A stretch of 45,215 bases of DNA from a virus. Below, one piece after another: positions 32,677-40,990 of the stretch. Below the pieces are notes generated by a model, which worked only from the letters and a program-made list of their open reading frames with translations, had not been told where the DNA came from and made no database searches. The DNA lies in IMG/VR virus record IMGVR_UViG_3300044698_000125, positions 1-45,215 of that record; one strand, written 5' to 3'. How positions within the stretch are numbered: the first letter of the stretch is position 1; every line of letters begins with the position of its first letter. Made by a program: the position numbers and the translations under genes.

Positions 32677-33224
32677 TGGCCATCAAGATCGAGATGCGCA
32701 AACACCAGCTCGCCGCCGCGCTGGAACGGGCGCCGCAGGTGATCGAGCGCAACGTCGACGCGGCGCTGGCCCGCGGCGCACAAGAAGTCGCACGCGAGAT
32801 GAAGCTGGCGCTGACGACGAACCGCTCGATGGCGCGCTCGACCCTGGCTAATTCGATCCGCGCGGCGCGGGTCGCGGCGCTGCATTATTTTGTCGCGCCC
32901 GGCGTGAACTACAGCCGCATGGTCGAAGAGGGCACCGGCCCGGCTGCCGGGCAAAAATCCTACATACCGAATCCGGTGCACCTGCGCGATTATGTCAAGC
33001 AGCGCAGCCGCGTCACTTTCACCGCAAAGCCGCGCACGCCCGGCCGCCGCGCGCAAATGGACGAGGTGCGCGATCGCGCCTGGGCGCTGGCGCAGCACAT
33101 CAAGAAGCACGGCACCAAGCCGCACCCGTTCGTCAAGCCGACGCGCGACAAGATGGAACCGCGCATCCACCGGCTGGTGGCGCAGGCGGTGACGCGCAGC
33201 CTGCAGGAGGTCCTCGGCGCATGA
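32676..33224 (+). CDS. HK97 gp10-like head-tail joining protein
   Basis: HIKKHGTKPHPFVKPT is the gp10-family motif. GTG 32676 overlaps TAG; the alternative start is ATG 32694. Confidence 0.55.
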   Translation: MAIKIEMRKHQLAAALERAPQVIERNVDAALARGAQEVAREMKLALTTNRSMARSTLANSIRAARVAALHYFVAPGVNYSRMVEEGTGPAAGQKSYIPNPVHLRDYVKQRSRVTFTAKPRTPGRRAQMDEVRDRAWALAQHIKKHGTKPHPFVKPTRDKMEPRIHRLVAQAVTRSLQEVLGA

Positions 33225-33634
33225 GCGAACTGGGCGACCGCATGGAACTGATCCGGACCGGGCTGGCGGCGGCGGTGCCGGCGCGGCTCGTTACGCGCGA
33301 CCTGGAGGACCCGGCGCAGCGCTCGCACGACGTGATGAAGACCGGCGTCTACACGATCCTGGCGCTGAACGAGCAGGACTATACCAATGTTCCGGGCTAT
33401 GAAGCGCAGACCGGGCGGCAGGGCGTGCTGATCGTCGGCGACATCGCGGTGAACGAGGACGACGCGCCGTCCAAGATTGAGGATGCGGAGTTCACCATGA
33501 TCGACGAGATCAAGGCCTATGTGCGCAACCTCCCGGCGGCGCTGTGCGTGCTGAACCTGGTGTCGGTGGCGCAAAGCGGGCAGGTCGATCATCCCTACGG
33601 CTGGATTGTCGCGCGGCTGGAGTATGTGCCATGA
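33221..33634 (+). CDS. Hypothetical tail-completion candidate
   Basis: ATGA overlaps at both ends. Confidence 0.5.
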   Translation: MSELGDRMELIRTGLAAAVPARLVTRDLEDPAQRSHDVMKTGVYTILALNEQDYTNVPGYEAQTGRQGVLIVGDIAVNEDDAPSKIEDAEFTMIDEIKAYVRNLPAALCVLNLVSVAQSGQVDHPYGWIVARLEYVP

Positions 33635-34320
33635 ACGCCGCCGGCATGAAACTCCTGAAGGAATTTGAGGGCTTCGAAACGGACGCCTACCAGGACATCG
33701 TGGGCGTCTGGACGATCGGCTACGGCTTCACCGATAACGTCAGGCCTGGCGACAAAATCACCCGAGCTGCAGCAGACAAGTATTTGCTGAAAGAACTCAA
33801 GAGTTACGAGCGTGCCGTGAAATCAGCCTGCACGCTGGCGCCGAACGAGAACCAGCTGGCGGCGATGACTTGCTTGGCGTGGAACATCGGCAAGGCCGGA
33901 TTCAAGGGATCGACGGTCGTTAAGGCGCATAATCGCGGCGATTTTACAGAGGCGGCGCGTGCCTTTGGGCTGTGGAAAAAAGCGGGCGGCAAGGTGGTTA
34001 AGGGCTTGGTCCGGCGCCGCGCTGCGGAAGCTGCCCTGTACCTCACTCCGGTGAAAGACGCTGAGCCTGAATCCATGCCGCAAGCCGTCGAGGAAGAGCG
34101 GCCCATGACGCAATCCAAGCTCGCGACCGGCGGCACCATCACGGCGGGGGTGTCTGGGCTATCAGTGGCCGCTCAGGTGGCCGGCGATGTGGGGTCTATC
34201 AGGGACTCTTTCGGGCCTTGGCTCCCGTATATTCTGATGATTGCAGCTGTAATCGGAGTCGGCGCTGGTCTTTTCATTGTTTGGGAAAGGTTCCAGCAGC
34301 GCAAGCGGGGGGAGGCGTGA
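33631..34320 (+). CDS. GH24 (T4/lambda R-type) lysozyme with a C-terminal transmembrane segment
   Basis: LLKEFEGFETDAYQDIVGVWTIGYGFT catalytic region. C-terminal WLPYILMIAAVIGVGAGLFIVW followed by basic residues. Confidence 0.8.
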   Translation: MNAAGMKLLKEFEGFETDAYQDIVGVWTIGYGFTDNVRPGDKITRAAADKYLLKELKSYERAVKSACTLAPNENQLAAMTCLAWNIGKAGFKGSTVVKAHNRGDFTEAARAFGLWKKAGGKVVKGLVRRRAAEAALYLTPVKDAEPESMPQAVEEERPMTQSKLATGGTITAGVSGLSVAAQVAGDVGSIRDSFGPWLPYILMIAAVIGVGAGLFIVWERFQQRKRGEA

Positions 34321-34748
34321 TGAATCGACAACGCGGCTCCATTCAACTGGCCGCCCTGCTGATTGCAGGAGCGGCGTTTGCCGGACTCTGGACTTACTAC
34401 AGCACCCAGATGTCAGCGCTCACGACGGACAACGAAGCCAAGCAGGCGACGATCACAGACCTGAACACGAAACTGGCCACGTCGGCCACGCGCGCAACTG
34501 TGCTGCAGGACCAGAACAAGGCCTGCGGGGAACTGATCACCGAAGCCAACACCAAAACCGATGCACTCAGGGCAGAGCGCAATGCGGCCTGGGCGGGCTA
34601 CAACGACGCCAAGGCGGCCGCGGCGCGGGCATCGAAGGGATTTGAGCAGACCATTGCAGAAATCAACGCGACGAAAGAAGGCGGGGACTGGTGCGCGTCC
34701 TGGGGCACACTGATCGACGGGTATGTCCGGAAAAGGCAGGCTCCATGA
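34320..34748 (+). CDS. i-spanin (Rz-like)
   Basis: N-terminal TM IQLAALLIAGAAFAGLW followed by coiled coil. Lies next to a lipoprotein gene. Confidence 0.65.
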   Translation: MNRQRGSIQLAALLIAGAAFAGLWTYYSTQMSALTTDNEAKQATITDLNTKLATSATRATVLQDQNKACGELITEANTKTDALRAERNAAWAGYNDAKAAAARASKGFEQTIAEINATKEGGDWCASWGTLIDGYVRKRQAP

Positions 34749-35026
34749 AAAAGCTGCTCATTATCGTTGCCGTCGCGCTCACCGGCTGTGGCGCGGATCC
34801 CGTCAAGCTGCAGACGCCGGACATTCCGGTCATTGCGCCTACCCGGGTCGAGGTTCCGATCCGGGAAAAATGCAGTGTTCAACTGCCGGCTGAGCCCGTT
34901 TGGGACACGGAAACCGTTGCCGTCAACGCATCGAAGCTGGAAAAGTCCAAGGCCGCATTGACCGAACTCGAGCGCCGGCGGGCCTACGAGTCCCAGATCA
35001 AGGCCGAGGCCAAAAAATGCGAATGA
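34745..35026 (+). CDS. o-spanin lipoprotein (Rz1-like), separate rather than embedded
   Basis: MKKLLIIVAVALTGC lipobox; ATGA overlap with the i-spanin gene. Confidence 0.65.
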   Translation: MKKLLIIVAVALTGCGADPVKLQTPDIPVIAPTRVEVPIREKCSVQLPAEPVWDTETVAVNASKLEKSKAALTELERRRAYESQIKAEAKKCE

Positions 35027-35030
35027 GGAA

Positions 35031-35327
35031 ATGATGGCGAACGGTGATAGCCCGGAGGTCATGGAATACCGGCTGCAGCAGCTGGAAAATATGGTCTCCG
35101 ACGTCAGCGAATCCCTGGCGGGCATCAAAGACAGCCTGCATACGCTGGTAGAAACCAAGGATGCGATGAGCAGAGCGTTTACCTCTATCACGAACCTGAA
35201 TGAACGTGTCAGCGTCATCGAAAAGATGCTCCCAATACTCAACCTGACCAGTGGTTGGGTCAGGGCTGGTGTGGTCTGTCTGGCCGGGATAGTCATGGTG
35301 GCGGTCATCAAATTGATCATTCTGTGA
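35031..35327 (+). CDS. Tail-anchored coiled-coil membrane protein (holin or lysis-regulator candidate)
   Basis: Single C-terminal TM VRAGVVCLAGIVMVAVIKLIIL; RBS GAGGAA. Confidence 0.35.
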   Translation: MMANGDSPEVMEYRLQQLENMVSDVSESLAGIKDSLHTLVETKDAMSRAFTSITNLNERVSVIEKMLPILNLTSGWVRAGVVCLAGIVMVAVIKLIIL

Positions 35328-35349
35328 TGAAAACGGAATAGGAACGAAC

Positions 35350-35682
35350 ATGGCTAAAAAGAACATGATCACCAATCATTCTTCACAATACCCGCGCGCC
35401 GGGGACGAACCATCAATCACGGAATTGAGCGTTGCTTATCACGCCGGCCCGCCTGCGATTGGTTTCGCCGGCCGCCAGTGGCAGCGCGGCGTGCCGCAGA
35501 CGGTCAGCGCCGCGGAGTGGGCGGCGATGCAGGCGCGCGGCGATTTCGTCGAGTTCGATTTCAAGACCCATCCCCACCCTAACCCTCTACCGTCAGGCGG
35601 CACCGATGCCCTTGAAGGGGAGGGAAAGCTATCTGCCGACCCTCTCCGTGACGGAGAGGGGGAAATAATTGACAAGGAGTAG
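35350..35682 (+). CDS. Hypothetical protein whose C-terminal roughly 35 codons are encoded by REP-like elements
   Basis: The tail HPHPNPLPSGGTDALEGEGKLSADPLRDGEGE is encoded by 35568-35660. Confidence 0.5.
   Translation: MAKKNMITNHSSQYPRAGDEPSITELSVAYHAGPPAIGFAGRQWQRGVPQTVSAAEWAAMQARGDFVEFDFKTHPHPNPLPSGGTDALEGEGKLSADPLRDGEGEIIDKE
35568..35660. repeat. REP-like element pair related to 28804-28849
   Basis: Shares CCCATCCCC(A/T)CCCTAACCCTC and CCTTGAAGGGGAGGGA with the terminator element. Second hairpin is CCCTCTCCG-TGA-CGGAGAGGG (35640-35660). Confidence 0.6.
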
Positions 35683-35685
35683 ACC

Positions 35686-36909
35686 ATGCCCCAAGCACGC
35701 GGCGCTTTAACCAAGTTTCTGTTTCAGAAAGAAGTCACATTCCGCACGCCGCCGGCGCCGGCGGCGAAGGTGATCCCGATCTCGACATGGGGGATCGATC
35801 GCGACGCGAACCGGCAGGTTGACCCGACCATCACCTCGAGCCCGTTGCCGTCGAAGTCCGACAAGGGCAACGCGACGGTGGCGAACAAGCCGTTCACCTC
35901 GATCCTGGACCTGCGTTCGATCGGCAACTGGCTGCTGTTGCTGCTCGGCGCGCCGACCACCGGCAAGGCGGTGGTGAAGCAGCCGACCAACGTCACTGGC
36001 GTGACGATCCATTCCGCGTCCAGCGATTGCACCGCGGGCGTCGGCACGCTCGCTTTTATTTTTGCGGCCAAGACGCTGACCTGGACGCCGCAGGCAGGCA
36101 TAATCGGCGCCGCGGTCGATGTCACCGCAGGCGGTAACTTCACGCTCGAGGGCGGCGGCGGCGGGAAAAGTCTTTCCGTGACCGTGGCGGCGGCGGCATT
36201 GCCTGGCGCCGACCAAAGCGATGCCGACATCGACGTGTCCGCGACACTGAGCGCCCACACTTTCCCGATCAATCTTGACGACCGGCCGAGCGCGCTGACC
36301 GAAGCGGGGCATTTCGATACCTCGAAGTTCCACCGCTTCCTCGGCGTCAAACTCAACAAACTGTCGTGGGACGTGCTCAACAACGATCAGAGCATCTCCG
36401 GCGAGGTGATTGCCGCAGTCGAGGTGGAACCGGTGCCGATCGCCGCTTTCGACGCTGCCCCCACCAGTTACGCGCAGGTGCGCGCCTGTTCGGCCGGCGG
36501 CAAGGTCTGGGACGGCTCGGGCGCGACGCTGGGCTCGGTCACCGGCGGCACGATCGCGGCCGACAACAACATGACGCCGTACGAGCTGGCCGACGGGCAG
36601 GAGGGCTACGGGCTCATCGACCAGGGCGAGTTGCTGCTGTCGGGTACGCTCAAGACCGTGTTCGACGGCGCCGGCGCCTACGCACTGGCGCGAGCGGGCA
36701 CCAGCAGCCGCCTGCGGCTGGTCAGCAGCGCGTTGTCCGGCACGGACACGTTCTCGCTCGCCGTGGACCTTCCCGCTGTCGAGTTCTCCGAGAAAAAATC
36801 CCCGATCGACGGCAAGTCCGGGCTGTTCGCCGAGCTGGGCTGGCAGGCGCATGAGAGCAGCGGCGTGCTGCCGACCGTGGTGCTGGTCAACGACGTGGCG
36901 GGGTATTGA
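35686..36909 (+). CDS. Major tail (tube) protein
   Basis: RBS AAGGAG; 407 aa; immediately upstream of the frameshifted chaperone pair and the tape measure gene. Confidence 0.6.
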   Translation: MPQARGALTKFLFQKEVTFRTPPAPAAKVIPISTWGIDRDANRQVDPTITSSPLPSKSDKGNATVANKPFTSILDLRSIGNWLLLLLGAPTTGKAVVKQPTNVTGVTIHSASSDCTAGVGTLAFIFAAKTLTWTPQAGIIGAAVDVTAGGNFTLEGGGGGKSLSVTVAAAALPGADQSDADIDVSATLSAHTFPINLDDRPSALTEAGHFDTSKFHRFLGVKLNKLSWDVLNNDQSISGEVIAAVEVEPVPIAAFDAAPTSYAQVRACSAGGKVWDGSGATLGSVTGGTIAADNNMTPYELADGQEGYGLIDQGELLLSGTLKTVFDGAGAYALARAGTSSRLRLVSSALSGTDTFSLAVDLPAVEFSEKKSPIDGKSGLFAELGWQAHESSGVLPTVVLVNDVAGY

Positions 36910-36910
36910 A

Positions 36911-37270
36911 ATGAAGATCCTGCTGTCGCTGAAGCCGCTTGCGGATGCGCGCTGGGTGAAGCACGACCCGACCGGGGCGGAATTCGAGGTCATGCCGCTG
37001 CCGGGTGTGCTGGACCAGGAAATCAGCGAAAAAACCACCAACTTCGCCGGGCAAATGGACATGCACGCGTATGCCCAGCTGATTGCGCCGAAAATCATCC
37101 GCAACTGGCGGGGTGTCGGCATCGGCGGCGATACCGTTGCGTGCAACCCTGAAAACCTCAAGATCTTCGTCGAGCACCATTGCCTGACGATCATGCCCTG
37201 GGTGATCCGCCAGGCGCGCAGTATCGATCATTACCGCTCGCAGGAGGTCGAGGCCGCAAAAAACGCCTGA
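36911..37270 (+). CDS. Tail assembly chaperone (gpG-like)
   Basis: Canonical position; ends just after the slippery site. Confidence 0.75.
   Translation: MKILLSLKPLADARWVKHDPTGAEFEVMPLPGVLDQEISEKTTNFAGQMDMHAYAQLIAPKIIRNWRGVGIGGDTVACNPENLKIFVEHHCLTIMPWVIRQARSIDHYRSQEVEAAKNA
37258..37264 (+). promoter_or_regulatory. Programmed -1 ribosomal frameshift slippery heptamer A_AAA_AAC
   Basis: Zero-frame codons are GCA AAA AAC GCC TGA. The -1 frame reads KKRLTARTRW... and stays open with strong GC3 bias to 37587. Confidence 0.75.
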
Positions 37271-37587
37271 CCGCCCGCACGCGGTGGGATTTCGCGATCG
37301 GGTGGGATTACATCAAGACGATCCGGCAGGCGGGTAACGAGGTCGATCCGGCGGACCTGCCGCCGCGGCTGGAATGGGAAACGCCGGCGTGGGATCTGTA
37401 TATACGCATCTCGACGCAATGGCGTTATGGCTTTGGCGGCCGCACCGGGCTCGATTACGGGCCGGCGATCGAGCTGATGCGGGCGCTGGGCTGGGACGTT
37501 GATCTGGGGATATCGCTGCTGCGCGCGATCGAGACGGAAACACTGAGGCAGGACGAGCATGGCCGAGAAAAACAGGATCGGAATTGA
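37264..37587 (+). CDS. gpT-like extension, expressed as a G-T fusion (36911..37264 joined to 37264..37587 by -1 frameshift)
   Basis: The -1 frame ORF has coding bias and no plausible independent start or RBS. WDFAIGWDY...GGRTGLDYGPAIELMRALGWD is gpT/DUF1799-like. Confidence 0.7.
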   Translation, partial: RLTARTRWDFAIGWDYIKTIRQAGNEVDPADLPPRLEWETPAWDLYIRISTQWRYGFGGRTGLDYGPAIELMRALGWDVDLGISLLRAIETETLRQDEHGREKQDRN

Positions 37588-39775
37588 CATCACGTCGAGT
37601 TACTCCGGCGAGGGGACCGATGCTGCGAAGCGCGGCCTGAAGGACCTCGAAGAGGAAACCGGGAAAGCCGGGAAAGCCGCGAAAGAAAGCAGCCAGCATT
37701 TCCTTACTCTGAGAAACGCGATCAAGGTCATCGCCGGCAGCGCCGCAATATACGCGGTCGCGAGCATGGCGAAGGAGATGGCGCTGCTCAACGCGCGCCT
37801 GGAGACCATGGGCGTGGTGCTCGAAACCGTGGGGCGCAACGCCGGGTATTCGCGGTTCGAGATGGAGGCCCATGCCGAGGAAGTGCGATCGATGGGCATC
37901 ACCATGATCGAATCGCGCGAGGCGGTGGTGAAGCTGACGCAGGCGCAGATCGACCTGTCGGGCGCGTCGAAGCTCGCCCGCATCGCCCAGGACGCGGCGG
38001 TCATCGCGAACATCAATTCTTCCGAGGCGATGGGGCGTCTCGTGCATGGCATCACGTCCGCTCAGACGGAGGTGCTGCGCGCGATGGGCATCAACGTGAA
38101 CTTCGAGACCTCGTACCGGCGCCTGGCGAAGGAGCTGAACATCAACACGGATCAGCTCACCGAACAGGAGAAAGTGCAGGCGCGGTTCAACGCGGTTGCC
38201 GCGGCGGGGGTCAAGATCCAGGGTGCCTACGAAGCCGCCATGGGCACCGCGGGCAAGCAGATCGGCTCGCTCGCGCGCTATCACGAGGATCTCAAAGTCA
38301 TACTCGGCGAGACGTTCAACGATGCTTTGACCACGTCCGTGGACGCGTACACGACGGCGCTAAAGGCTGCCACGGACAGATCGAAGGAGCTCGGGAAAGA
38401 CGGCAGCCTCAAGCAGTGGGGCGAGGACCTCACGGATACCATGGCAGGTTTCGCGGATCAGGTCATGGTCGTCGTGCGGGGATTGCGCGTGCTGGCTGCC
38501 GCAAAAGACCTGGTTACCGCGAAGTTGGAGCGGGGCTTCGCAACCCAGCGCGAAGGGGAGACGTGGAAACAGGCCCAGGCGCGCGCGCGGGACGAATACC
38601 TGACGGCCGAGGACAAATACGGCAAGGCCATAGATGATCTCGCGCGGCAGAATCCGAATGCAGCCCGGGATTTCGTGGTGCGGTCGCGCGCCGCAAGAGA
38701 GCTGGCCGCGAGCGAACGCGCGCGGGTCGCCGAGGAGGAAGCCCGCGAAATTGCGATGTACGACGCGATGTACGGCAAAGGCGCTTACAAACGCATGCGC
38801 CAGCCGAAGCAGGAACGGCCCGGCAAGGAAAAGGGCGCGCGGCCGCTCACCTTCGACGAACTGATGGCCAAGGGCGCGATGAAGCGCCAGGAGATGTTTG
38901 ATCAGGCGGAGCTTGACGCGACGAAAAATTATGTGCGGGATTCGGCCGCGCGCGCCAAGGAGCAGGAGAAAGAAGCCGACGCAGTGAAAAAACTCACCCG
39001 CAGCTACAAGGACATGATCGATCCCATCGAGCCGCTGCGCCGCCAGCTCGGTGAACTGGACAAACTGTATGCCGCCGGCAAGCTGACCGCCGACGAGTAT
39101 GGCGAAGCGACGTTCATGATCCAGAACAGGATCGAGGATCTGAACGGAACAGCGAAGGAAGTGGCCAAGGACGGGCTGCCGGAGCTCAAGAGCGCGATCG
39201 AGGGCTGGGGGCGCGGGGTGTCGCGCGAGCTGGGGCAGGCGGCGGTGAGCGGCGAGCTGAGCCTGGACCGGCTCGGCAATGCGTTTCGCAACCTGGCGGC
39301 CGAGATTGCGGCAATCCAGATCCAGCGCCGCTTCATGGACCCGATCATCAAGGGCGCGACGGGGTGGCTGGATGGATTATTCAGCCCTGCCGCCGACCCG
39401 GCGGTGCTGGAGGCGCACGGCGGCGGCGTCATCGGCATCGACAGCCTGCAGCGCCGCTATGTCCACCCCGCCTATTTCGATCGCGCGCCGCGCCTGCACC
39501 GCGGCGGGATCTCCGGCAACGAGGTGCCGACGATCCTCGAGCGCGGCGAGGAGGTCCTGACCCGCCGCGATCCGCGCCACCGCATGAACGGCGGCGGCAT
39601 GCCCAGCGTTACGGTCAATGTCATCAACCAGGGCGGGCAGGCCATGGACGTGGAACGCGCCTCGGCGCCGCGGTTCGACGGCGAGGGCTATGTGATCGAT
39701 GTCTGGCTGCGCCGCATGAGCACCGACGCCGGGTTCCGCAATCAAACGCGGCAGATGCTGGCCGCACCGGTTTAA
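37559..39775 (+). CDS. Tail tape measure protein
   Basis: 738 aa, helical and Ala/Glu/Lys/Arg-rich, located downstream of G/GT. Confidence 0.8.
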   Translation: MAEKNRIGIDITSSYSGEGTDAAKRGLKDLEEETGKAGKAAKESSQHFLTLRNAIKVIAGSAAIYAVASMAKEMALLNARLETMGVVLETVGRNAGYSRFEMEAHAEEVRSMGITMIESREAVVKLTQAQIDLSGASKLARIAQDAAVIANINSSEAMGRLVHGITSAQTEVLRAMGINVNFETSYRRLAKELNINTDQLTEQEKVQARFNAVAAAGVKIQGAYEAAMGTAGKQIGSLARYHEDLKVILGETFNDALTTSVDAYTTALKAATDRSKELGKDGSLKQWGEDLTDTMAGFADQVMVVVRGLRVLAAAKDLVTAKLERGFATQREGETWKQAQARARDEYLTAEDKYGKAIDDLARQNPNAARDFVVRSRAARELAASERARVAEEEAREIAMYDAMYGKGAYKRMRQPKQERPGKEKGARPLTFDELMAKGAMKRQEMFDQAELDATKNYVRDSAARAKEQEKEADAVKKLTRSYKDMIDPIEPLRRQLGELDKLYAAGKLTADEYGEATFMIQNRIEDLNGTAKEVAKDGLPELKSAIEGWGRGVSRELGQAAVSGELSLDRLGNAFRNLAAEIAAIQIQRRFMDPIIKGATGWLDGLFSPAADPAVLEAHGGGVIGIDSLQRRYVHPAYFDRAPRLHRGGISGNEVPTILERGEEVLTRRDPRHRMNGGGMPSVTVNVINQGGQAMDVERASAPRFDGEGYVIDVWLRRMSTDAGFRNQTRQMLAAPV

Positions 39776-39777
39776 TC

Positions 39778-40137
39778 ATGCCCGCTTTTCCCGCCTACGC
39801 GGTTTTGCTGTTCGACGGCTTCAAGGAGGAGCCCGTCTCGGCTGTTAAGCGCACCGAGATGGAATCGGGCCCGGTGAAGCAGTTGAAAACCGTGAGCCGG
39901 GTGCTGGTGCCGCGGCCGGCCCGGTATCTGCTGAAATCGAAAAGCGACTACAACGCCTGGGTGACCTGGTTCCGCAGCACGATCAATTGGGGTAATGACT
40001 GGTTCGACTGGACCGATCCGCACGATGCCGCCATCAAGACGGCGCGGATCGTCGGCGCAAAATACGCCGCGAAGCCCACGCGGAAGGACCTCGAGCGCTG
40101 GATCCTGGAATTCCGGATCGAAACCTGGAGCGCGTGA
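39778..40137 (+). CDS. Minor tail protein (lambda gpM position)
   Basis: ATG 39778 is 3 nt after the tape measure stop. Internal start of track ORF 39364..40137. Confidence 0.6.
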   Translation: MPAFPAYAVLLFDGFKEEPVSAVKRTEMESGPVKQLKTVSRVLVPRPARYLLKSKSDYNAWVTWFRSTINWGNDWFDWTDPHDAAIKTARIVGAKYAAKPTRKDLERWILEFRIETWSA

Positions 40138-40604
40138 TGCCCTACTCCGCGAATTTCAAGGAAAAGACCGGATCGACCTCGGGCGAGGAGCCGGTCTACC
40201 TGCTCGAAATCTCGCATGCCGCCCTGGCGGTGCCGGTGCGCGTGGTGCGGGATACGCAGGACCTGGTGTCGAACGGCAATACGTTCATCGCGCTGGCCTT
40301 CGAGATCCAACTTCCCAGCGACATCGAGGGCCGCTTGCCGCGCGTGCCGATCCGCATCGACAACATCGGGCGCGAGCTGACGCAATGGCTCGATGCCTCG
40401 AACGGCGGGCAGGGCGCCACGGCCCGGGTGATGCAGGTCATGCGCGACGACCCGGACACGCTGGAATACGACGTGACGCTGGACCTGTTGAACGTGAAGC
40501 AGAACGGCGCGTTCGTGACCGGCGAGCTCGGCTACGAGAACACGCTGGCGCTGCCTGCTCTCGTGGCTTCGTACCGTCCCGACAATACCCCGGCGATCTT
40601 CTGA
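40134..40604 (+). CDS. Minor tail protein, DUF1833 family (lambda gpL position)
   Basis: EPVYLLEISHAAL...FIALAFEIQLPSD...RIDNIGRELTQWL is the DUF1833-type pattern. Confidence 0.65.
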   Translation: MMPYSANFKEKTGSTSGEEPVYLLEISHAALAVPVRVVRDTQDLVSNGNTFIALAFEIQLPSDIEGRLPRVPIRIDNIGRELTQWLDASNGGQGATARVMQVMRDDPDTLEYDVTLDLLNVKQNGAFVTGELGYENTLALPALVASYRPDNTPAIF

Positions 40605-40990
40605 TGAATGCGCATTGGTCTGACCGCTACCTCGGCCTGCCCTACGACGAACAGGCCTTCGACTGCGCGGCGCTGGCCGAGCGCGTGCGCCGCGAGGTGT
40701 TCGGGCAGGACCTGCATCTGCCGTCGGAACGGCGGCCGGGGCCGTTTGGCCGCAGTGCGCAGATTTCGCAGAACATCGCCGATTGCGCAGTGCAGACGTT
40801 TACACCGGCGGACGGCGACGGCGTGCTGCTCGTCTGCAATGGGCGCCTGCAGCACATCGGGATGTATTGCGTGATCGCCGGCGAGCCGTGGGTGGTGCAC
40901 AACCAGGCAGGGCAGGGCGTCACCCGCCGGCGCGTGCGCGAGCTGGCGAAATGGGGCTACCGGATAGAGGGCTATTACCAATGGATTTGA
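40604..40990 (+). CDS. NlpC/P60-type tail protein (lambda gpK C-terminal-domain-like)
   Basis: YLGLPYDEQAFDCAALAERV...LQHIGMY... are Cys/His peptidase-like motifs; TGATG overlap upstream. Confidence 0.6.
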   Translation: MNAHWSDRYLGLPYDEQAFDCAALAERVRREVFGQDLHLPSERRPGPFGRSAQISQNIADCAVQTFTPADGDGVLLVCNGRLQHIGMYCVIAGEPWVVHNQAGQGVTRRRVRELAKWGYRIEGYYQWI

